NCBI GenBank assembly: GCA_964188305.1
Contig: OZ076889.1
DNA: 64,000 nt
Strand: one strand, 5' to 3'
Source of the DNA: Podarcis bocagei
Taxonomy: Eukaryota
The notes under the pieces were generated by a model, which saw only the letters and a list, made by a program, of their open reading frames with translations, did no database searches and was not told where the DNA came from. The position numbers and the translations under genes were made by a program. Positions 1-13,651 of the stretch are shown piece by piece (the first letter of the stretch is position 1; every line of letters starts with the position of its first letter).

Positions 1-2083
1 TGGGCTTTGTACTGATGAGTTGTATAGCATTGCTGTGCACCTCAGATAGCACAGTCTTCTTTTCATATTGCCTACCTCAGTGTTAGTTCCTTTTTTGTGG
101 AATGCTGGTAATTTTGCAAAGTAGTTGCCTCTATGCAACTACTTTTCACTGGGGTAGTAAAACTGTATCTGGGCTGATACATTTCAGACCGCTAGTGGGG
201 TTCACATGATTCAATGCTCTTTTTCCTATAAAAATATCACCTCCACCTAGAAAACTAAATGTCAAAGGGAAAGATTCTAGCCTAGCCTTCTCTCAGAGAA
301 TACTAATTTACTAACATACAGGAATTATTATTAATATTTTGGCGAATCTTTATGTAATCCTCCTATCTCTACTCTGAAGCGGTACAGCCCCAGACACAGG
401 TCTGCTCACCTCACTGAGAAATGTAGGTCTGCACTGGGGAACTGAGCCAGAATTCAAACCCACCCAAATTGCTGAAGTCCCAAAGATTTGAACCTTTTTT
501 TAATAGGAAGGTTATATAGCTGGGATTCTAATCTCTTCATACAACAGATTAGGTTCAAATAATAGAATCTTATGAACAATCATTTGACTACATATCCAAA
601 GGCGGAACCTTTGCCATCTTCCCATCATCCCCTGAAACAACTGTGGAACTACAAATGTGGTACAATCCTCCTGTCACACTCAGAAAAGACAAAGTACTTT
701 TTCCATTCACTCCTGGGTGGTGACAAAGGAGTAAGCAGAACTAAAACTATATTTCCACTTTCTGTACTTAATGGCTACTGCAACACACTTCACTCTGGTC
801 CTTGAGCAAGTGAGCACATACTCTTCGATTCTATGCAAAGAGAGGAGTACAGTGCTTCCTTTCCCCTTCCTCCCCCACATCTATTGTGTATCAGTGCTGA
901 GAATATGCACTGTGGAGTATATCTTAGCTTCCATGGTACTTCTTGGTGCAGTCTGTTTAAGGAGCAGGTAGGTGGCTGCCCATCATGAAAACTAGCTGAA
1001 ATCCCATCCTCTCTCATCCTTGCAAATGAATTACTGATGGAACCAACCATACAGTGTATATCTTTCCCATTAAGGGTTTTAATTGAGAGTGTGTTCTGCT
1101 GACAGGCAATGTCCTCCCCCCACACCCGCCGTGCCTTTTCCCACCCTTAAAATGTGACTCATAAGCAGTTTCTAACCACCAGAACAGTCTCTGCATTCTC
1201 TCAGCAAGGGTTCAATTTCAGGCGATTCACCACAGATATTAGCTGCTATAAGGTCATTCCTGCAAAGGAAACGAGGTCTTCCATGCCCTTCAGGGAAACA
1301 CAACTAACCTCTTACTGTCTCTCCTGCAGGAACAAAAACAGGAATGTACTGGATTGCCCTGCTGATTTGGGGTGATCGTTGCTTTGACTTCTTGCCCTCC
1401 TTTCTTTCCCAGTTCAGTGCATCAGGGGTCCTGACACAGCAACTGGTTTACACTGCACTAATGTTTCTCTGCTGCTTTTAGCTCTGTTTGGAAAGAGGGA
1501 GAAAGAGGCTCTTCATGCTTAAAGAATTTCCATTGTTCACCAGGACTGCTTCCTCTGTGTTGAGGAGTGATGGGGCGTGTGTGCAGATACTGAGCTGTGT
1601 GAGAGAGGCAGATGGGGGTTAAAGTGCCTCCGCTACTGTCTGTACAGTTGGAACGGAGCTTGGCACTTGACTGAAAATCCTGTGGTGTCTGAAATGTGGT
1701 GGGTATGTCCATGAGTGTGTGCACACTTGTTCTTGCCTATACTTGGCCAGAAGTGGGGGCAGCCTACCAAAATCAACTTGGCTCTTGGTGTTCCTGGGAC
1801 ATGTGCTCCTATATACTGAGGGTCTGGTTGTGTGCATCTGGATGAGGAAGAGAAGCTGAATCCAGTGTTCTGTGGCAGGAATGTTTGTTTGTGAGTGTGC
1901 GTGCGCAGTTGCACAGTGGGTAGTCCTGGCCGGTCTCTACCATCATGTCTTGTTGTTTCAGTGCTGTGCAGACACATGCAGCTTGGCCTGTTTTTACTCT
2001 CTGTGTTTTTCCTTGTCTTTTTTTATTCCCTTCTCATCTTCATCGCACAATGTCATCAAACAAAACAAACTTTCATCTCTCAG

Positions 2084-2095
2084 ATCCGCGAGAAG
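2084..2095 (+). CDS. PTPRF: Microexon meB (12 nt, Ig2-Ig3 linker), encodes (D)PRE
   Basis: tctctcag|ATCCGCGAGAAG|gttggt, phase 1-1, ~100-nt AG-free pyrimidine-rich tract upstream. Assuming the upstream Ig2 exon (outside the window) ends in G, it gives D-P-R-E-V-R-R-V with the Ig3 exon; mammalian LAR meB is DQRE, PTPRD/S is ELRE. Confidence 0.9.
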
Positions 2096-2286
2096 GTTGG
2101 TCCTTTTCACTTCTTATCCATCTACAGTATGCCACCTCTGATGAGACTTTTCCAGTAGGGGATGGAGAGCCAGCCCTGCAAGGGGAGGGTCTGATGGCCC
2201 CTGGCTCTCTGCCAGGCACTGCCATAGCAGGCCTGAATCTGCTTCCTAATTGCTATGTCCTTGCTGACAGCATTGACCACACTGCT

Positions 2287-2387
2287 TGCATGCCTTTTGT
2301 CGCTTGATGTTTAAAATGCACAGACCCTTATCTGCATGCAGTCCATCCCAAAGATTTCCGTGTTTTGAGATGGGAATGGGGTGCATG
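2287..2387 (+). promoter_or_regulatory. RBFOX motif cluster downstream of meB
   Basis: TGCATG at 2287, 2333 and 2382. Confidence 0.6.
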
Positions 2388-5300
2388 TACATAGAGAGTA
2401 GGCAGCAGAGTGGGTTTTGCCTTAATCTGTTACTTTGTTTTGACTCCTGTTTCCTTTTTGTTGAGGAATGCAAAGTACTGATTTGAAGTTTCGGTCGGGG
2501 TGGACACCCCTCACTCACAGTGTAAGCTGCTTGGTATAGAGTAGGAAGAGGAAGGAGCAACTGATAGAGGCACCATAGCCGCCTTTTTAACACATTGAAT
2601 TCATTCCACATCACACTTGCGTTTGAGATGCTGTGTTTATGATACACGCAAAGCACCACTGACATAATTGAAAAAGCAGCGTTTTCTCATGCTGGATCAT
2701 TTTTGTTTATAGGATTGTTACCTGTATACCTGAAACCCAGGGACTTGATTCGTCCCTGGACAAGGACTCACTCAGCAAGGGCAACAACTGTACTAGAGAA
2801 AGGAAGGTGTGCCGTTATCTTACCTGCCTTTCTCTTATTGACAGTGCTGTGTTGCACCAAGATATTAGACAAAAGGTGATTGGTAGACATCAAAATTAGC
2901 AGGTGGCTTAAGCTACTCCAATATTTCCTTTGAAGTTCAACTTCTGTTCTAAGTCAGGTATTTTCAAAATGGTGCTGAGTATTGAAATTAAGGGAGGATG
3001 TTGCCTGGACTTCGCAGTGCCATAACCTGAAGCAATTCCTATAAATATATCAACAACTTTCTCTGACCCAAGGTAGTATTCCTTTGATGAAAAAAACAGA
3101 ATCCATATCTTTATAGGCCCTAAAATGACCAATTAATAGAGAATGGTAGATATTGAGAGTTAGGAAATGTCTATGCATTAGTTCTGAAGGGGGATAATGT
3201 TCATCCCTCAGTCCAGATGCTCCGCTATTGCATCCCTTATGTTCCCACACTTTTTCCTGTGTACCTGTAATGATCACAGGACAGTGACTACCCTATTCTG
3301 CATGCCAGGACTTCTGGTTGGAGTCTGTACTTTAAAAGCACCTACTTTTCCAAGTTACTCTTCTGTTGTTTGTGCTTCTTGTTTAGCACAATAGCACTAA
3401 AGTACATGAAGCCTGAGACACTGCTATTTAGACATTCCCTTAAACCAAGACTCCTCGAACTGCTACACAGCCATACTAAGTGAACTTCATTAGAATTTGA
3501 ATTAGAACTTGTTTAATGAGCTGTCATTGCAGTTGTCCCAGAGCTGTTGCTTTTGTTTTCATTTTAGTTCTCTGAATATGCTCCCCTTAACATGGGGAGA
3601 AAGTTTTCTTGTTTTCAGACATAAACCAAAGCTTGTTTAGGGCAACATTGCATGTGATCCTGGCAGGAATTGAAGCTGAGAGATAGTGAAACGTTCTGAA
3701 GCTGCACAGATTCTGTTTGCCTGGCACTTTCATGTCCAAGGTCAAGTAACCTGAACAAATTAAATCCCTTCTTCCAGTGGAACCACCAGCATATATCAAT
3801 AGCAAAAGTAGCCTTGATTGACAGATATACGCTTAGGGCTGTTTCATGCATTATGCTTACACCATCACATATTAAAATCATAAGTGTGACTTCCATTTTC
3901 TCCAGTGCACAAATGGGTGTGTTTTATTTTTATTATTAGTTACACTTTACAAACCATACATAAACATCATTAATGTTATTCACAAGTGTTATGTACACAC
4001 TTCTCTATAATTCAGCATGATATCTCAATTTATATGCTCAAAATTCATTTTAAATCCAACTTTTTGTTCCAGTTTCATTAAAATATATCATATTCTGCAT
4101 CAATAAATAAAATTTCTAATTCCTTTAGGTTTCAATTCCATCCAGTTAAGCTTCCATAAAACTTTGCTGTTTAAAAATCTATCAGAATACTTCATCTAGC
4201 AAACTGCTTTTCAGTTGTCTTTCTTTCTTTATTGTTTCAAAGCCACAGCCACTAGCCTGTGGAAAACAGGCACTATTTTCACACTATATTCCCAGATGTA
4301 CATGTTTCCCAACACCCTTGTGAGAAAAAGGCATATGTGGAACAGCCCTTGACCAGGATGTTGCTTGGTCCCAGCCCACCAGAAATGTCCCAAAGCTCAA
4401 ACATTTAATGGGGAGAGATATGTTAGATGCTAAATATTCCAGTGGGATGTTCCAAGCCTTATAATTTGTTTGGCACTGATAATTGCATCTTAGTTTTTGT
4501 CCATTCCCCCCCCCCCCAGCTTTACTTACAACTGTGTACTGTTCACCCATGCATTTAATTATTGCTCTGCGATTGCTACCAGGTTATTTATTAAGGAGTT
4601 GTTTTATCTTGATATAGCAGCTCTTTTCTTCCCCCCCCCCTTTAATGCTGTGTTATTTTCAGAAGTGAATGAATGCAAATTCCAGAGCTGCAGAGTCTGC
4701 CTCTCCCTTGCTTTGCTATTAGCGTGTCACCAGGCCGAACCGTGATAGGTCTTTGGCATTGCTCTGCTGTAATGATAGATCCTCTTTTATATGGGGTTGT
4801 CAGCGCAAATAATTAGCTCTAAAAGTTATAGCTGAAATATAATCCAAAAATGGCTAGGCCCTGTTTTGGAAATTGTCTATAAAATGTCAGCACTCAGGGA
4901 TGTATTGGGAACATAAATAGTGAGGCATTGTTTGAACAGGAGTTTAGACTCTAAATGCATCTTTTTTTCCCTTCCAGTCTTCTCCCTCCTGCTGGTGATT
5001 CTGTCAGTAGATTGTGAGGCCCTAGGAACTACCTTTCCATCAGGAGATATTGTTTAAAACACTAATGACAAGTATGAGAAGGGGCGGAGGAGCTATTCAG
5101 ATCTGATAATTTTTTGCCCACATTCCAGAAGCAGTTGTGATAAAGCAGAGTAAGATAGAGCCATGGACACTGGACAATACAGGAGGAAGGATTGTTTAGT
5201 TTCCCAACAGCACTGCTTTTACCCCAGCGTTCCCACAAAGCCAGAAACAAAACCATACATGTAAGCTGACCCAGGTAGCAAACTTGTGCAGGTGTCAGGA

Positions 5301-8300
5301 AAATGAGATTTATATTATGGAAGAATTGAGAGAGGAGGCAGTTGTCTTTGGCATGAATAGCTTATTAAAGCAGTTTCGCTACCTGAAGGAGGGGATCAAT
5401 TTGCATAGTCTCCCGCTCAAAATTAAGATATCTTGAATAAAATGTTTTGTGAAAGTCAAAATTATATTGCAATGATGGTTACTACCTTGGCTTTGTTTCT
5501 GGACGGTTCTGGCATTTTGTCACAACTAAGAGTGCTAAAAGCTAAAATCAAGACTCACAATGTTGAACTTTAATTAATACTCCAGAATCTGGAAACAACT
5601 TTTGACAAAGATTAAAATCCCTAAGCACGTCATGGTCAGATGCAATAATTGCAGAAGATGAAGTGGGGTTTGTGTATGAGATTTTAAAGTCAGACTATGA
5701 AAAGAGTTGAAGCTTTGCGAGTGACAAAAGCAAATTGCTTATTAAGGAATTTTTAAAAATAACACACCATTGATCCTACTGTCCAAAAGTGCTAACAACA
5801 ACAGGAATTCATCTTTTACTGTAAATTAATTTTGGCTGGCTGGTGCCTTTCACTTTGAGTGTGACTCTAGCACTCCTTCTGTTACTATTTTCCAGTGGCC
5901 TTACTTCTCTTAGCTCTGGTGCAGTAATCAATTAATAGTTGTTAAAACTGCCCAGCTTTTAGCAATTGCTTAGTGCCTGGAGTTTCCCAGGATGGAAGTA
6001 GAAAAGTGATGGGAGGAGGACTTTTAGTGAGATGACCTCAGTGTTTTTATGAAATCCGAGAAGCAGCTGCTCTAATCTGAGCTAAGCAGGTTGATTGATC
6101 CATGCACATTTATTCTGGATGCAAGGAAGGTGCACGCTAATGCATGCTAAATTATTAACACTTCTCCACCTCCCTTTGTTGTATTGCCTGCGTCTCCCCT
6201 CCCCACCTTCCAGAATGTGGAGCTGGTCTCTACTGGTGTGTTCTTATCCCCTCCACTGCTGTGAGATGGCTCAGGATATGTCACTTACTTTCCACCTTAA
6301 CTGCCAAATGATTGCCATGCATGCTCCATTCCGTAGGGAAGCCTGGGGGATTTTCCTCTTTTGTGAGTCATATAGGATGCCATGCTCTGGGATGAATAAC
6401 AGTGAATTTCATGTTCGATAGTCTGCTGAAATAAACCTTGAACACCATTACCCATAGACCTTTACAATAGTTTTCCCCATGTGTTTTCTTCCAAAATCAC
6501 CAAGTTGCTCACTTCTGCTTTATCTAAAAGGAGTTTACAGAAAACAAAACAAAAAAAACTGACAAATTCTACTGAGAAAAGAAGTCATGATAGTGTGAAT
6601 GATACTGGAAATATTTGGGAGGCATCTACTCTCGTTTGGTCCTTGTGATTTGCTTTATAAATTGGAAGAGGGTTTCCGCAGATTCCTGCAATTGGTGGGA
6701 ATGGAGCTGCCTTAATTACTGATAGTCATGCCAGAGGCAGGAGAAAGATTGGGGCCTAGTGGAAGCTAGAACCGTATGCATGCTTGGGGATGCTGTGTAA
6801 GCAACCTTCACTAGTTCTGCTCTGCCAGAGTGTTCTAATGATGATTGACAGCTGTGCTTCACATCCCACTGGACTCTGCCCACAAAGAAGCTGCCAATTA
6901 CCCAGGAATGCTATACTGGTGCTAGGTTGGAATCCACCTCCTTTCTAACCTTCCCAGGCATTCTTTCTAGATTATAATCCAGCCTGGATTGATGGTAGCA
7001 TCTCTAAGCACATCTGTTCCTGTTTTATTGACATTTTAATAGCCAAGGAAAGACTAGATAGAAGGGAGGTTGCCTCCCACTCGCTAGTAAGGCACACAAC
7101 TGAGCCTCCATTGATCACCTTGCCTCTGTTCTTCCCCTCTACATAATGAGAACTACAGTTTGATTTGCAGCACATCTGAAGAGTATTTGCAACCAGACTG
7201 GAAGAGAGAAACTACCAAAGTGATGCTACAGAGGCAGGCACAGCATGAGGTCAACAAACACTGGATACTGTCGGAGTCTTCACAGCCTTAGTGTGGAAGC
7301 TGTTCCTGCCACCACCCCTTCTGACCAACAGAAACAATCTATTCTGCTTGCATGGTGCAGTACTTAGGCAACGTATTGTGGCTGGAGGACAATCTGTAGA
7401 GGCTAGGTCATTAATAGGGCAACCTAGGGCAGGAAGAAGGCAAGCATTTTTTTGGAAATGAAACAGTGGAAACTGAGTGAAGAACTAAGGCAGCAGCCTC
7501 ACTTCTGCACCTTTATGCCCTGTAACCAATCTCGAACTGTCGCTGCATCAACGTACCAATAGGAAAGAAAAGGTTCATCAGCTTAGTGTCTGTGTTGGCC
7601 TTAGGGAGATGCATATCTCTGCTCAGTCATAAGAGTGACATTTGGCCGAGTCGTCTTGTGGAATCAGAAGTGCTCTGATTTCCGATCCTCTTTTTGAGTA
7701 ACCTACCCCTGGGGAAGGGGCTTGCCTACAGCCTTTCTTTAAATCGGCTTGGTTTTGTGTGGGGATTGGAGGGGGGGAAAGATTTTCATTGCCATTCATC
7801 CTGTAGCTAGGCTAGAAGAGACCCCTCTCTGATACATTGTCAAGTAACCTTTTCTCTTCCCCTGCCGCTAGAATAGTAAACAGCAGCTTTCAAAAAGGGC
7901 GAGAGGTTTTCTCGATAGCTCTTTGCTGAATGAACTAAAGCGCTTATCGGCAGATTCACAAGCCGTGTTCTTTCTTCCCAAGCATGGTCTTGACAGGTCT
8001 TTTTACGGCCACAAAGGAGTCAGTTGGGGACTGATGTCTGAGAGATATGTCAGGGAATGCTGTTCTGGTGGAGATTCACTCTAATTCTAACCACTGCTCA
8101 TGCATGCATTTGAAGGTGACTTAGGTAATCGGAGGTAGTTGTAGGAGCTATCTTGCTTGGTTCTCACTGGAGTGGATGGCAGAGGTGGTTTCTGCATGCT
8201 ACTGAATTCTTTCAGCCCTTCTGCATGAATTCCTTCCAGTCTCATTCCTGTGCCTCGTGCTTGCCTATCTGTGCATTTCAACCTTCCCACCCTTGTTTTT

Positions 8301-10304
8301 TGTCAAGATTTTATGTAGCAGCTTCTTTCCCATACCTGGCCTCTTTCCTGTCTGGCGCATGTCAAGTCAATTAATTATTGCCGTGCACGAGCCTGTTGTG
8401 TTACTACTCAAGCTTGCTTTTCTTTGAGACCAGTTTGGTTGGTGAGCGGGTGGGAAGTTGGTTGGTCCCTGGAATAAAACACAACAAATGAACAAACCTC
8501 TTCATGTACTGGCTCAATACCATGTTCATTGTGGGGGGGAGAACGAGTCCTGCCTCTTGCCGATCAGAACCAGGCTGCGTTGGACAACCACCCCATCATG
8601 TTGATCCATTGCCATGTCCATTAAATACCAGGGTATTCTCATAACTCTGTTAGAGCGCTGATTTGCTTTAATTTCTGTCTTGTTTGGGGGTGCACTCCCC
8701 TGTCAGGCAGGGAGCAAGCCTTTCACTGGTGACCATGCACACAATTATTGACCTGAGATTCAACAATTGATTAAAAGGAACAACCCACTAGATTATAGAT
8801 TTAGACATTTGATAACATGCACATTATCATTATGGGAGGGCCCCTTTAAAAAAGCTGGTGAGGAGCTGATGAGCTCTGCTTTGTCACTGTTGACAGCATT
8901 GTCTAATTTATCCCCAAACCCTCACTCTGTTGTACATTCTAATGTGGGGGCTTCTGTGTTCAGTCTATTTCTGTGAGTCTGCTGGTTTGGGAATGAATCA
9001 TCAAAGAGAGCTCAAGCGAAATTTGATTAGGGGAAGTGTCAGGCTGAGCCGAGTCTTGTCAGCCTGTCTGTCAGCAGCTGCCCCTATTCTAACGAGATTT
9101 TGTGGTGTTGGAGATGACGCAGGAGGAAGCCCAGCATGAGGCAGTCCCTGTGGGCTTTAGCCCCTGAGCAGGTCTCTCCCATCTTGCTAAGAAATAGTCC
9201 ACCCCACTGCTTTCCAGCTAACCCTATCCCTGTGCATTGCAGCTCTTCACTATTCTGCCAGCCCTGACTCTGTGGACTGGAGAGGCTGTGATATTAAATG
9301 TGTAGTGACATCTCCATTACAGAAAAGCAGGCTTCCCAGAAGAAACACATTGCACCCTCCCTCCCACATTTTTAATTTGTTATTTTATTGTATGTATTTG
9401 AAATGAGTTTGCCCAGAGGAGACAAAGATTTACTATGTTCAGTTGTGTTCCTGTATCCCTCCTTAAATTGGCCCATAATACTGGCCTTAAAGAAGGGTCC
9501 TCATCTCTCAGTGTCATTTCCCTGACTGATGTGTGTACAGCAAACAGCTGGGGCACTTTAGCCGATCTAATGGTTTGTCTACAAAATAACCCAAGTGAGA
9601 CTTTTATATGAATAGATGCTGTGTGATGAAATAAGGAGTGTTCTTTCTCCTGGAACACATTCCCAATGGGAGAGAGGATCCTGTCACCCAGGCCCTCTGC
9701 TGTCAGCTTAGATCTGATCTCCTGTCTATTAAGATGAAGCTCCTACCCAACAAGGTGTTCTGATCCGGCTGTGCGGTGCCCCAGGCTCACTGCTGAATCC
9801 TGCACAGGAACACTGTTTTAGCTAGCAGTAATGCATGCAGTAATTTAAAAATAAAACCCTGTAGCTGCCCCTGCAAGATAGGTTTGTCTTCAGGTTGCTT
9901 TGCTGTGGAACCAACCAGTTTAGTAGCTTATTCCACCTTGCAGAGGTTCTGCACACCCTATGGACAGGGCGTGAACTTATTTTCTAATTAGTGGGTAGAT
10001 TTGAAATAAGGAGACATTTTAGTGTCCATAATGTAACTTAGCTGAGAGAACAATAATGGTGGCAGTCCTATAGTTGAGCTCCTGCTGAAAACACCAGTGG
10101 GTCAAAGGGAGAACTTGGGTATGAAATTTGGCAGAGCAGTGAACAGCTCTTGTTCAGAATTCTTTTTTTTCTTTTCTTCTTTTCTGGATTGATTTGCTAC
10201 TACTTAGGAGAAATGTTGATCCTTCCCCCACCCCTTGGGTATGCAGGAAGTGAATATCAATTGTCTAGGCTGTGACCCTACTAGTTGTCTATTCCTTGTT
10301 TCAG

Positions 10305-10574
10305 TGCGGCGAGTGTCCCCTCGATTTTCAATCCCTCCAAGTAACCATGAGGTGATGCCTGGAGGGAGCGTGAATCTCACATGTGTAGCAGTGGGGTCCC
10401 CAATGCCCTACGTGAAGTGGATTGTCGGAGACGTGGAGCTGACGAAAGAAGATGACATGCCAATGGGCAGGAATGTTTTAGAGTTGACCAACATCACGCA
10501 GTCGGCCAACTACACCTGCGAAGCCATGTCCTCACTGGGGGTAATCCATGCAACAGCTCAGATCACTGTCAAAG
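10305..10574 (+). CDS. PTPRF: Exon encoding Ig3 domain ([12 protein letters not shown]...TAQITVK)
   Basis: tttcag|TGCGG ... AAAG|gtaaga; 270 nt, phase 1-1; Ig C...W...C motif. Confidence 0.97.
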
Positions 10575-11859
10575 GTAAGAAGCTGCTCCATGGTATCCTA
10601 TACCTCTGCATGGTACCAGGTAGCAGAATGGGGTGCACTTGTGACTCAGTCATTATTAGTGTGAATGGGGAACCTGAGTACAAAGATGCTGTGGAGCCTC
10701 ACCATTAGCCCTGTCGCCATTGTTGCACAGGTCTTTCCAGCTTCTTGCATGTTCACGGCAAACATATGTAGCAGGGAGTCTGCTGTACTTGTGTAGACTT
10801 TTAAGACACATCGCGTGTGCCTCCCCCCCGCCTCCCGATCTTTGTTACCCAACATGTATCTCCCAGAGTTTTCTCATTTGTTTTCTTGTAAAATAGAGGT
10901 TTACTTACAGTGCATAAATGGAATGGCCAAACATCAGAATTATAGAGCAAGTCTCTGGGAGAAATAATAAGGCCTCTCCACTGTCATTCAAGAGCCCTGC
11001 CCAAGAGCTAATATTTGTTTGTTTTGTGCATGTATCTGGATGGTGTGAAATGGCATCCAGGACAGCACATCTCTGTCAGGTCACTTGAAAAAGCTTTGTG
11101 GAAGCACCTGTCTTTCAGTTCTGTTACCTTACTAAACATCCTATAACCTACTGTGATTTCAGTATTTACATTAATACAGCTCCAGAGGGTGATCATTATG
11201 GGAGTCAGGGAGTCTCTCAGTCTTTTCTTCATTATCATAAATGTTTTCCTTGTGCCTAGCCAGTACATAGAAGGATCCCAAGATAGTAGAACGCAGTACT
11301 GACCACAAATTTATCTTTTTTGGATAAATGGCTGATGTGATCAGTTGTGCTAGAGTAGTTCTGCTTTCTTGTTAATGCTCGGAACTTTCATAAGAGGATT
11401 GGCTTCCTTAACATCCCACCACAAAAATATGCTTGCCACAAGTCCCTGCAATCCACATATTCTTGCTCTTGCAGCAACAGTAGACATGGAACTACTTTTG
11501 CCCCGGTATACTTTCCGAAAAGGCCATGAACCTGGCTTCCTAAAGTGTACCTCAGCTGAATAACCCTTTCTGCTTTAGAAAACCTGACTTGGTTCCTTGT
11601 TTAAATTACCTTTATTTAGCCAGCTGCCAGCAAGTGCTTTGAGCACATCTAATAACATGATTGCTGTGTTTACTCTTCCATTAAGAAGCACTTCAAGCAA
11701 TATATGGTAATGTGTAATATAAAAATGTACGTTCTTGACTATGAAATGATTTCTGCCTTTAAAGGAAAATGTTAGCAAGCATCTAAGCCTCCTTTATAGC
11801 TCTGCACATTACAGCATTTGCACTAATCAAATTACTGACATTGTGCTTTTTGCTTTCAG

Positions 11860-12441
11860 CTCTTCCAAAACCTCCAATGGAGCCATTAGTAACGGAGACG
11901 ACAGCTACCAGTGTGACTCTCACCTGGGACTCAGGAAATGCTGACCCTATCTCCTACTATGTCATCCAATATAAGTCCAAGTCATTAGAGGGCACTTTCC
12001 GAGAAGTAGATGGTGTGGCAACCACCCGCTATAGCATTGGTGGCCTAAGCCCCTTCTCAGAATATGAGTTCCGCATTATTGCTGTAAATAACATTGGCAG
12101 GAGTCCCCCTAGTGAGTTGGTGGATGCACGGACAGGAGAGCAAGCTCCATCAAGCCCACCCCTCAAAGTGAAGGCACGGATGCTGAGTTCCAGCACCATG
12201 CTGGTCCAATGGGAACAACCTGAAGAGCCCAATGGGATGATCCGTGGCTATCGAGTGTACTACACCATTGACCCCCACCTACCACTCAGCAAGTGGCAGA
12301 AACACAACACTGATGATCATCATCTCACCACTGTAGGAAGTTTGATAAATGGGGCCACCTATAGTATTCGTGTCTTGGCTTTCACCTCAGTAGGAGATGG
12401 ACCCCCTTCTGATGCCATCCAGATAAAGGCCCAGCAGGGTG
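11860..12441 (+). CDS. PTPRF: Exon encoding FN3 repeats 1-2 (ALPKPP...KAQQG)
   Basis: tttcag|CTCTT ... GGTG|gtatgt; 582 nt, phase 1-1. Confidence 0.97.
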
Positions 12442-12829
12442 GTATGTATGTTTTGTGTGCGCTCTATTCCTTCTCTGTCCTACTGTTTCCAAGAGCTAAT
12501 ATTTTGAGCTAAGGTTGAGGTGTGAGCCAGAGACTTTAGGGATTTGGTAGGCAATTTGTCCTTTTCAAATAGGTGTTCCAGCAGCACTCTGTTGCCAGCA
12601 TAGTTAACAGTTGACTTAAGCATAGTTGTGGATACTTTGGTTAATCACTAGTTTGAGAAAGAACATAGTTGTCATTGTTTGAACCTGGAGCTTAGGAGAA
12701 TGTGTTAAGATTGTGTTTATGACAATGCTATTGTTGAAGTACGTTGATGATAGGGCTTGCACCTTGAAATTTTCTAAAGCTGCTCTGGAGTCCCCTCCCA
12801 CAACTGACTCTTGTTGTATTGGTCTCCAG

Positions 12830-12963
12830 TTCCATCTCAGCCAGCTGATTTCCAAGCTGAGGCAGAGTCTGACACACGGATCATGCTGACCTGGCAGCCA
12901 GCACCTCAAGAACGTGTCACCAAGTATGAGTTGGTGTATTGGGAAGAGACAGATGGGATCCAG
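12830..12963 (+). CDS. PTPRF: Exon encoding first half of FN3 repeat 3 (VPSQPADFQAEAESDTRIMLTWQPAPQERVTKYELVYWEETDGIQ)
   Basis: ctccag|TTCCA ... ATCCAG|gtgagg; 134 nt, phase 1-0; absent from the ORF track. Confidence 0.95.
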
Positions 12964-13651
12964 GTGAGGGACAACATGACCCATTGATGGTTAAAGACCT
13001 ATACCAAAGTAGCCTATGGGTATGGGGCACTTATTTTTATATCTGTTAGAGTTAGGCCCAGTATGATTGTTGTGGAAAATGGCATTTGCATGACTAGATA
13101 TTTCTGCATCTGTGAGAATACTGCAATCCACATCCCATTGGATTATGAACCTATACCAGAGTTTCACCTCCCTATGATAGCTGCAAGAGCTCCTGCTCCT
13201 GCAAGAGCAGCAGTTTTGTTGGCAATCATATTGCCACATAATAGTTGGATCAGGCCTCAGAAGTTATCTGGCCTTTGAACCATTAGGTGGTGGCTCTGAA
13301 GTGAAGACCTATCACAGCTTGTCTTCTATATATGCTAACTTACTCGAACTTACGTCAACACATACTTCATTAGCCAAAAGTTTCCAGTGTCTGGGAACTG
13401 AAAGTGATTCTTTTCTCATGGTTATAATGAGAATTCACAACATCTGTGGGGAAGTGAAATCATCTCCTTTAAATAATGGCTTTCAGGGTTACATAGGATG
13501 AGCATAGATTGCTCTATTGCATGATTCCTAGTATGCAGTACTGGTAGGCATCTACGGCCAAGAGTCCAACAGTCAGGTGTCAATAGCTATGTTATTCCCT
13601 CCTTCCCCCCCAATCTGAGTAAAAGAAAAACTTGCCTCTTGCCTTTTCTAG

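Noticed and set aside
1385-1450. Pyrimidine tract and cccag acceptor at 1412
   Set aside because: No credible donor downstream and no LAR-like peptide.
4960-5000. 17-nt pseudo-microexon (ttccag|TCTTCTCCCTCCTGCTG|gtgatt)
   Set aside because: Frameshifting, short AG-free zone and no supporting regulatory context.
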